From positions 2,464,001-2,528,000 of the forward strand of contig CBDASK010000003.1 of assembly GCA_965199495.1 (NCBI GenBank): DNA of 64,000 bases. The letters run 5' to 3'. Numbering within the stretch: position 1 is the stretch's first letter; each line of letters begins with the position of its first letter. The stretch comes from Abditibacterium sp. (GTDB lineage Bacteria > Armatimonadota > Abditibacteriia > Abditibacteriales > Abditibacteriaceae). Under the pieces are notes generated by a model, which was not told the DNA's origin, made no database searches, and saw nothing but the letters and a program-made list of their open reading frames with translations. This document shows, piece by piece, positions 57,228 through 64,000 of this stretch. The position numbers were made by a program, and so were the translations under genes.

Positions 57228-58754
57228 ATGGAACAACTTTTTCCTTATCTCCTGCCGCAGGCGTCGAGTTTCGCGCAGGGCATTGACTCCGTTTACTGGG
57301 TAATCACGGGGATTAGCTTCGCGTTTTTTCTGGGCGTGGCGTTCTTCTTGCTGCTCTTCGTGACGCGCTATAAACAGGGCACTAAAGTCAACCGCGTGTT
57401 GCCCGCACACGAAGGTATCGCGCTCGAACTGATCTGGACGGTCATTCCTCTGTGTATCGCGCTGTGCCTGTTTCTCTATTCGACTATCGTCTATTTTCAG
57501 ACGGTGCGCGCGCCGCGCGATGCCACCGAAATTTTCGTGGTTGGCAAACAGTGGATGTGGAAAATTCAGCATCCCAACGGTCGTTGGGAGATGAACGAAA
57601 TCCATATTCCTGTCGGCAAGCCGGTCAAGTTGACGATGATTTCGGAAGACGTGATTCACGACTTCGGTCTGCCCGCGTTTCGTCTGAACATGGACGTTGT
57701 GCCCGGTCGCTACACGCAGATGTGGTTTAACCCAACGCGCGTTGGCCGTTATCATTTGTTCTGCGCGCAATATTGTGGCACCAACCACGCGATTATGGGC
57801 GGCTACGTCACCGTGATGGAGCCGAACGATTTCGAGAAGTGGATGCAGACCGGCAACGTGTCGGCTTCGTTGGCTTCGCAGGGCGAGACCCTGTTCCGCG
57901 AACAGGGCTGCACCGGTTGTCACGGCCCGATGGCGAACGTGCGCGCGCCTTCTTTGGCGGGTATTTACGGAAAAGACATCGCCGTGCAAATTCCCGGCTC
58001 GCAGCCGTGGAACGCCAATATTCCGGCTCAAACCGTGAAAGCCGATTATCGGTATTTGCACGATTCGATTATCGTTCCAGCCAAGGAAGTCGCGGCGGGC
58101 TATAAACCGATTATGCCCTCTTATCAGGGCCGTTTGACCGAAGAGCAAGTTTTGCAATTGGTGGACTACATCAAAACATTAGCCACGTCGAACGGCACCT
58201 CAAATGGCGCGGCGACGGGTTATCAGCCTTATCCGGGACAGGAGACTGGCGGCAACGCGGTGGGGCGCAGCGAATCGGGCGATTATAAAACTGGCAAAGA
58301 GCAAGTCGGCAACTCGACCGGCGATATGTCGGACAACATAGACCGCGAGGCGACTTATCGCAAGCCGTTCACTTTGACAACGCGCGGTGACCCCGAAAGC
58401 GGTATTTTGGGCACGGGTAACGCGACCGGCGATATGTCGAATAACGTGGATCGCGAGAATATCTTTAAAGGCGGCGGCGCGGTTTCCAATACGGCGACCA
58501 TTGATCGCGCGGCGGGCAGTATGCAGGGCAAAAATTATCAGGGACGTGGCGGTTTGAGCGTTTACTCGACCGATAACTACGAGCAATCGAGCGCCAAAGC
58601 GTTTACTGGCGGCGTGGGTTCGGCGCCGATTCAAGGCGGACGCAATTCGGGGAGCCAATATGGCGGCAAGCACGTTTCGGGCGCGGGCAATGCGGGTGTG
58701 CGTGGCGGCGGCGACGCGGCCAGCCTGACGAGCGGCGGAGCGACCGCGCGATAA
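57228..58754 (+). CDS. ctaC: Cytochrome c oxidase subunit II (caa3-type, CuA plus cytochrome c) with ~190-aa tail
   Basis: LELIWT, KQWMW, SEDVIH, CAQYCGTNHAIM, CTGCH, MPSY. Confidence 0.95.
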   Translation: MEQLFPYLLPQASSFAQGIDSVYWVITGISFAFFLGVAFFLLLFVTRYKQGTKVNRVLPAHEGIALELIWTVIPLCIALCLFLYSTIVYFQTVRAPRDATEIFVVGKQWMWKIQHPNGRWEMNEIHIPVGKPVKLTMISEDVIHDFGLPAFRLNMDVVPGRYTQMWFNPTRVGRYHLFCAQYCGTNHAIMGGYVTVMEPNDFEKWMQTGNVSASLASQGETLFREQGCTGCHGPMANVRAPSLAGIYGKDIAVQIPGSQPWNANIPAQTVKADYRYLHDSIIVPAKEVAAGYKPIMPSYQGRLTEEQVLQLVDYIKTLATSNGTSNGAATGYQPYPGQETGGNAVGRSESGDYKTGKEQVGNSTGDMSDNIDREATYRKPFTLTTRGDPESGILGTGNATGDMSNNVDRENIFKGGGAVSNTATIDRAAGSMQGKNYQGRGGLSVYSTDNYEQSSAKAFTGGVGSAPIQGGRNSGSQYGGKHVSGAGNAGVRGGGDAASLTSGGATAR

Positions 58755-58840
58755 AGTCGAATTGGTAAAGGCGCGTTGCCTTACTATTTCGCAAAAGGAC
58801 AGTTCCAACATCCTCGAAGTTTGAGGAAACTAAAGTCACA

Positions 58841-60769
58841 ATGAAGTTGAACAATCCCAACGAACAACCCGAAAACGCCACCGGCGGTTCTATCGGCCCA
58901 CAAGGCCCGATGGAGCATGGCGCGGGCGCGGCGCAGGCCGCCAACGGCGCGCAGGTCGAAGTGGCCACGGTCAATCGCGGCACCGCCGCCAATGGCGCCT
59001 CGATCTACACTCAGACGCAGGAAGCCTCCGATCCGCACAATATTGGTGTGCCGTTCGAGTCGTATCTCAATAACGATTTCTCGTGGAAGTCGTGGATTTA
59101 CACCTTAGATCACAAACGCATCTGCATGATGTATTTGGCGTTTATCTCGGTGATGTTTTTGCTCGGCGGCGCGGCGGCGTCGTTGATTCGCTATAACCTC
59201 ATCGAGCCGCAGGGCATGCTGGGCGCCGAAGCCTACAACCGCGCGTTTTCGGCTCACGGCATCATCATGGTGTTCTTCTTTCTGGTGCCGTCTATTCCGG
59301 CGACGCTGGGCAACTTTTTGGTGCCGCTGATGATCGGCGCCAAAGACGTGGCTTTTCCGAAGTTGAACATGTTGTCGTTTTACCTTTATGCGGCGGGCGC
59401 TCTTTTGGCGCTCTTCGCGATGGTCGCGGGCGGCGTTGATACCGGTTGGACATTTTATGCGCCGCTCTCTTCGACGTTTAGCAATGGTATGGTGACATGG
59501 GTCATCATGGGCGTGTTCTTGGCGGGCTTTTCGTCCATCTTGACCGGCCTGAACTTCATCGTCACCATTCACAAAATGCGCGCGCCGGGCATGACGTGGT
59601 TTCGCATGCCGCTCTTTATGTGGTCAATGTATGCGACTTCGTTGATTCAGGTTTTGGGCACGCCCGTCGTGGCTATCACTCTGGTCTGCATCATCGTCGA
59701 GAAATCGCTGGGCGTTGGCATCTTCGATCCCAAACTCGGCGGCGATCCGGTATTGTTCCAGCACATGTTCTGGTTCTATTCGCATCCCGCCGTTTACATC
59801 ATGTTGCTGCCGGGCATGGCGGTTATTTCGGAAGTTATCGCTTGTTTCTCGCGCAAGCCGATTTATGGTTACAAGTTCGTGGCGTTCTCGTCGCTGGCCA
59901 TCGCGATTTTTGGCTTCTTAGTGTGGGGACATCATATGTTCGTTTCGAGCCAGTCGCCTTACGCGGGCATGGTCTTCTCGCTGATTTCGTTTCTGGTGGC
60001 GATTCCTTCGGCGGTTAAAACGTTTAACTGGACGGCGACGCTTTACAAAGGCTCGATTCGCCTCGACACGCCGATGATTTATGCGTTGGGCTTCATCGGC
60101 CTGTTCGCCATCGGCGGGCTGACGGGTTTGCACCTTGCGGCGCTGGCGACCGATGTTTATCTGCACGACACCTACTTCGTCATCGCTCACTTTCACTACG
60201 TGATGGTTGGCGGCACCTTATCGGCTTACCTGGCGGGGCTGCACTTCTGGTGGCCCAAGATGACCGGCAAAATGTATAACGAGACGTGGGGCAGGGTCTC
60301 GGCACTCATTTTGTTCATTGGCTTCAACCTGACGTTCTTCCCGCAGTTCTTGCTGGGTATGTGGGGCATGCACCGTCGCTATCATGCGTATCCGCCGGAA
60401 ATGCAGTTCCTCAACATCATGTCGAGCGCGGGCGCGAGCGTTTTGGCTTTGGGCTTCCTTTTGCCAGCGTTCTATCTGACTTGGAGCCTGAAATACGGAA
60501 AGCAAGCGCCAGCCAATCCGTTTGGCGCGACCGGTTTGGAATGGCAGACGACTTCACCGCCGCCGTTGACTAACTTTGAAGTGATTCCAATTGTGACGAC
60601 CGGCCCTTACGCCTATGACGCCGTTGAGTCAGAGCGTATTTACGAGAAGACCGAAGCGATCACCGCAGAGGTTCGCCAACGAGTTGCCGCCGCCGAACGC
60701 GAACGCGACGTGGCTTTAACTGTCGAACGCGAGGGTTTGGGAGCGCACGAAGAGAAAACACATGTCTAA
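58841..60769 (+). CDS. ctaD: Cytochrome c oxidase subunit I, type A2
   Basis: [42 protein letters not shown]. Confidence 0.97.
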   Translation: MKLNNPNEQPENATGGSIGPQGPMEHGAGAAQAANGAQVEVATVNRGTAANGASIYTQTQEASDPHNIGVPFESYLNNDFSWKSWIYTLDHKRICMMYLAFISVMFLLGGAAASLIRYNLIEPQGMLGAEAYNRAFSAHGIIMVFFFLVPSIPATLGNFLVPLMIGAKDVAFPKLNMLSFYLYAAGALLALFAMVAGGVDTGWTFYAPLSSTFSNGMVTWVIMGVFLAGFSSILTGLNFIVTIHKMRAPGMTWFRMPLFMWSMYATSLIQVLGTPVVAITLVCIIVEKSLGVGIFDPKLGGDPVLFQHMFWFYSHPAVYIMLLPGMAVISEVIACFSRKPIYGYKFVAFSSLAIAIFGFLVWGHHMFVSSQSPYAGMVFSLISFLVAIPSAVKTFNWTATLYKGSIRLDTPMIYALGFIGLFAIGGLTGLHLAALATDVYLHDTYFVIAHFHYVMVGGTLSAYLAGLHFWWPKMTGKMYNETWGRVSALILFIGFNLTFFPQFLLGMWGMHRRYHAYPPEMQFLNIMSSAGASVLALGFLLPAFYLTWSLKYGKQAPANPFGATGLEWQTTSPPPLTNFEVIPIVTTGPYAYDAVESERIYEKTEAITAEVRQRVAAAERERDVALTVEREGLGAHEEKTHV

Positions 60770-61742
60770 TATCGCCATCGAACCTATCGAGCGGCCCGCC
60801 GCCGTCGAACACAGCCACGCCGCGCACGGACACGATGCGCATGGCGATGGGCATCACGGCCCGGCGTTCCTGCATCACCATTTCACCGATGTCGCGCAAC
60901 AGCGCGAGTCGAACCAATTGGGCATGTGGGTTTTCATGGTCACCGAGATCATGACGTTCGGCGCGCTGTTTTTCGTTTATACGCTCTATCGCCATCTCTA
61001 CGATGTTCAGGCGTTTCAAAACGGAATGATTTCGCCTTACGGCACTGGCTCGCATCTGCTCAACAATAATCTGGGTTTTACCAACACTCTGGTGCTGCTC
61101 ACTTCTTCGCTGACGGTCGCCGCCGCCGTTCATTACGCGGGGCTTAAAGATAGGAAGAAGTTGATCGCATTGATGGGCGTAACCTGGATTTTGGGTTTCA
61201 TATTCTTGGGCATTAAAGCCGTCGAATGGCACGCCGATTACGAAGAAGGTTTGGTGCCCGGCCTCAGTTGGAATCCGCGCAATGTTTTGGCGGAACACGG
61301 GTTCGTTTTGGCGACGCCGACTGGCGTGCAGGGCGAAGCATATTTGCCCGGTTTGAACGGAAATCCTCCGGCTGCGGTCGTGACCGAAGATAACGGCAAA
61401 GCGATGTATGAGCATACGCTACAAAGCATTAAAGCCGACGAAGCGGCGAGTGGCGCGGAAGCCGGACACGCCGAAGAAGCGGAACACGTGTATCGCGGCG
61501 TGGTGAACGGCAATCACATGCAGATGTTCTTCGTGATTTACTTCACCATGACCGGTCTGCACGCGATTCACATGATCATCGGTCTTTTCTTGTTGGCGAT
61601 TTACATTGTTCATGCGCGCAATGGAATGTTTACCGCCGAAGCCAACGATCAGCCGGTCGAAATTTTCGGATTGTATTGGCACTTTGTTGACATCGTCTGG
61701 GTGTTCCTTTATCCATTGCTCTATCTGGCCACCGTGCAGTAA
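60762..61742 (+). CDS. ctaE: Cytochrome c oxidase subunit III with loop insertion
   Basis: [44 protein letters not shown]. Confidence 0.95.
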   Translation: MSNIAIEPIERPAAVEHSHAAHGHDAHGDGHHGPAFLHHHFTDVAQQRESNQLGMWVFMVTEIMTFGALFFVYTLYRHLYDVQAFQNGMISPYGTGSHLLNNNLGFTNTLVLLTSSLTVAAAVHYAGLKDRKKLIALMGVTWILGFIFLGIKAVEWHADYEEGLVPGLSWNPRNVLAEHGFVLATPTGVQGEAYLPGLNGNPPAAVVTEDNGKAMYEHTLQSIKADEAASGAEAGHAEEAEHVYRGVVNGNHMQMFFVIYFTMTGLHAIHMIIGLFLLAIYIVHARNGMFTAEANDQPVEIFGLYWHFVDIVWVFLYPLLYLATVQ

Positions 61743-61817
61743 GGACAGCTTAAAAGGTAAAAATTCTTTGACCTGTTTTTATCCTTCATCGCTTATCCTT
61801 CCATTCTTTCTAAAATC

Positions 61818-62267
61818 ATGGCAAATCCTACAGACCAAAGATTAACCGCTCAACTGGAGCGCCCCGAAACCGTCGCGGGTAACGTCGGCCACGCTGGAAG
61901 CGGCATCGGGCCGGACAGTGGCCCGCACGAACATAATCAAGACCATATGGACGAACATACTCATCACGTTTCGATGGGGACGTATTATGTCGTTTTCGCG
62001 TTTTTGATGGTGATGCTGATGCTCACCGTCGGCGCATGGTGGATTGACGAATACAAATTCCCGCTCGGCCATTGGAGCATCCCGATTGCCGTCGGCATCG
62101 CCATCGTTAAAGCGGTCGCGATTGTGCTGATTTTCATGCACGTCAAGTTCTCTAGCCGCCTGGTGCAAATTTTCGCTTGCACCGGCATTGTGTTTATGGG
62201 CATCATGTTCGTCTTGACGTTTAACGATTACTTCACGCGCGGCTGGGTGCCGATTGCGGGACACTAA
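61818..62267 (+). CDS. ctaF: caa3-type cytochrome c oxidase subunit IV
   Basis: YYVVF..L..LTV, IAIVKA..IFMHVK, DYFTR. Confidence 0.9.
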   Translation: MANPTDQRLTAQLERPETVAGNVGHAGSGIGPDSGPHEHNQDHMDEHTHHVSMGTYYVVFAFLMVMLMLTVGAWWIDEYKFPLGHWSIPIAVGIAIVKAVAIVLIFMHVKFSSRLVQIFACTGIVFMGIMFVLTFNDYFTRGWVPIAGH

Positions 62268-62279
62268 AACAGACAACTA

Positions 62280-62315
62280 AAAAAGGCGCGACTTCTTCGG
62301 AAGTCGCGCCTTTTT
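62280..62315 (+). terminator. Intrinsic terminator of the respiratory operon
   Basis: AAAAAGGCGCGACTTC-TTCG-GAAGTCGCGCCTTTTT. Confidence 0.92.
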
Positions 62316-62351
62316 CGCCTCTTAAAACGCGATTTTTCGCATACTTCTGGT

Positions 62352-63086
62352 ATGCTCGACTTACACTGTCATATTTTGCCCGCTTTGGATGACGGGCCAA
62401 AAACGTTGGAGGAATCGCTCGAACTCGCTCGCTTTGCCGTCGCCGATGGCATCACGCATATTGTAGCCACGCCGCATTGCCATCACATGACGCACCTACT
62501 GCGTGCCGATATTCTGCCGCGCGTGAGGCAGTTTCAAACCGCATTAGACGCCGCGCAAATCCCGCTCACAATTTTTCCCGGTTCGGAAATTCGCACCAGC
62601 GACATCGCACTTTTTCGGCGCGAATACGATGAAGAATTGTTGTGCCATCTGGGTGACGATCCGGCCTATTCGCTACTCGAATTTTCATGGCGCGAACCCG
62701 AATATCCCGGCCATGCGCCCGAACATATTCGCTGGCTGTTGGAGCGCGGCACGCAACCGATAATCGCGCATCCCGAACGCCACAGCTTTTTCACGCACGA
62801 CCGCGCGCGCTTGCACGAATTGGTCGAGGCGGGCGCGTGGCTGCAAATTACCGTGGACTCGTTGCTGGGCAATAACGGCGAACGCCCGCAACGCGCCGCC
62901 GAAGATTATTTGTTGTTTTATCCCAACTGCGTGTTGTCCACCGACGCGCACCGCATGTCGCGCTGTTCGGGCATGGCGCGTGGCTACGAACTGGTGCGCG
63001 AACAATTGGGCGACGGACGCGCCGACGATTTGCTCGAAAGATCGGATGCCGTATTGGCGCATATACAATCGGTTTGCGCGCGTTGA
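62352..63086 (+). CDS. PHP-family protein-tyrosine phosphatase (CpsB/CapC/YwqE-like)
   Basis: DLHCHILP..DDG, ATPH, PGSE, LLE, PIIAHPER, STDAH. Confidence 0.92.
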   Translation: MLDLHCHILPALDDGPKTLEESLELARFAVADGITHIVATPHCHHMTHLLRADILPRVRQFQTALDAAQIPLTIFPGSEIRTSDIALFRREYDEELLCHLGDDPAYSLLEFSWREPEYPGHAPEHIRWLLERGTQPIIAHPERHSFFTHDRARLHELVEAGAWLQITVDSLLGNNGERPQRAAEDYLLFYPNCVLSTDAHRMSRCSGMARGYELVREQLGDGRADDLLERSDAVLAHIQSVCAR

Positions 63087-63136
63087 GAGGCAAAATGTGG
63101 TCTATCGCCCTTCTTATTCAGAAGACTACAACTCTC

Positions 63137-63212
63137 GGCGGGGCTTGCGCCTCCTTCCAATTGGTATTCTTTCGAGAATCTCCGATGATTGGAAGGAGGC
63201 GCAAGCCCCGCC
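63137..63212. repeat. REP-like doublet, GGAAGG family
   Basis: Perfect 25-bp IR GGCGGGGCTTGCGCCTCCTTCCAAT (63137-63161 / 63188-63212). Confidence 0.88.
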
Positions 63213-63230
63213 AGTGTAACCTCTGCTATC

Positions 63231-64000
63231 TAACCAATGGTGCGGGTGTGCGAAGGAGTCATCGGGACGGCAAACTTTGAGGTTGACCAAAACACCAAAG
63301 AGCCTCCCCGATGACCACAATTGATTTTACCATTGCCCTGTTTTGCCGTGTCGATGATGGGTTATTCGACCAAGAGAAACACCCGTTTTCCCTGCTTCAT
63401 CCCAGCGAAGTTGTGACACTGGCGATGCTGCAAGTGCTGCGCGGCGAAGGCAATCGCGCCTTTGATCGCTGGGTGCGGCGCGAGTTAGGCCCGCTCTTTC
63501 CCCGGCTGCCCGAACGCACACGCCTGTTCCGTTTGTTCGTGACTTATCAGGAACTTTGCCAACGCTTTCTGGTAAAGGCCACGCTCTTTGGCATCGTGGA
63601 CTCCTATGGCATCGAGCTGGTGCATCCGTGGCGCGAGCGGCGCACGCAGCGCCAAGTCGCGCGCAAAGGCAAGAGCCTGCACCGCTGGATTGTCGGAGCC
63701 AAAGTGTGCGTATTGACCGACAATCTGGGGCGCATCGTGGGCTTTCGCGTGGATGGGGCGGGCGTGCATGACAGCGCCTTCCATCCGCTCATCGAGTCTG
63801 TGAAAGAATAGACGATTGTGTTTGGAGATGGGGGCTTTCACGCCCGTGAGGGCGACCCGGAAAACCTCAAAATCTGTCGTAAGGGACAGTGGAACGACCG
63901 CATGATCGTCGAAACGCTCTTCTCTTTGTTCACAACCGTCTTGAGGATGAAGAAGCTCGCCCATCGGCTGCTTGAACCGCTCAAAGCCCGATTGGCTTAT
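63231..64000 (+). mobile_element. IS982-like insertion sequence, truncated by window end; left end tentative (TAACCAATGGTGC)
   Basis: DDE transposase reading frame from 63311; shift in sequence style; right end lies outside the window. Confidence 0.65.
63311..64000 (+). pseudogene. IS982-like DDE transposase with in-frame TAG at 63809-63811
   Basis: F.RVDD, SEVVT, FPRLPERTRL.R, VDS, HD; same frame continues after the stop as TIVFGDGGFH..RMIVETLFS. Confidence 0.8.

Noticed and set aside
238..62985. CGTGGCT as a Chi or KOPS site
   Set aside because: Occurrences are split roughly evenly between strands (about 38:30) throughout the window, unlike polarised motifs.
63809..63811. Stop-codon recoding (pyrrolysine or alternative genetic code)
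   Set aside because: TAG terminates normal genes here (recA, actC), so a nonsense mutation in an IS is the simpler explanation.
1..64000. CRISPR array
   Set aside because: All repeats seen are isolated inverted pairs. There are no regularly spaced direct repeats with unique spacers and no cas genes.

Overview
GC-rich bacterial chromosomal window. Gene style suggests an Armatimonadota/Abditibacteriota-like diderm, but this is inference only. Left third: housekeeping and envelope genes (cysteine desulfurase end, Gfo/Idh/MocA oxidoreductase, a BcsA-like GT2 synthase fused to a large extracytoplasmic domain, namZ, signal peptidase I, a META/DUF4377 protein, clpX, recA, LPS-core-type glycosyltransferases, an NRAMP-like transporter, a clan GH-A hydrolase and a GAF-GAF histidine kinase with a receiver). 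Middle (27.9-43.4 kb, minus strand, directly downstream of tRNA-Pro(GGG)): a 10-gene Ser/Thr phospho-signalling cluster with four FHA proteins, two vWA proteins, two Hanks kinases, a pseudokinase-PP2C fusion and two trypsin-like proteases. Right third: a ctaAB fusion, the alternative complex III genes actA-F plus a putative actG, SCO and a caa3 oxidase in one operon, then a PHP tyrosine phosphatase and an IS982-like transposase with an internal stop. About ten REP/REPIN-like inverted repeats of several unrelated families occupy intergenic spaces. The strongest signal outside the gene list is the non-palindromic heptamer CGTGGCT/AGCCACG, counted by eye about 68 times (roughly 1 per kb, both strands), a pattern resembling a DNA-uptake-sequence or HIP-like genomic signal. 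No CRISPR array or rRNA was seen. All family assignments come from motif recognition, not database searches.
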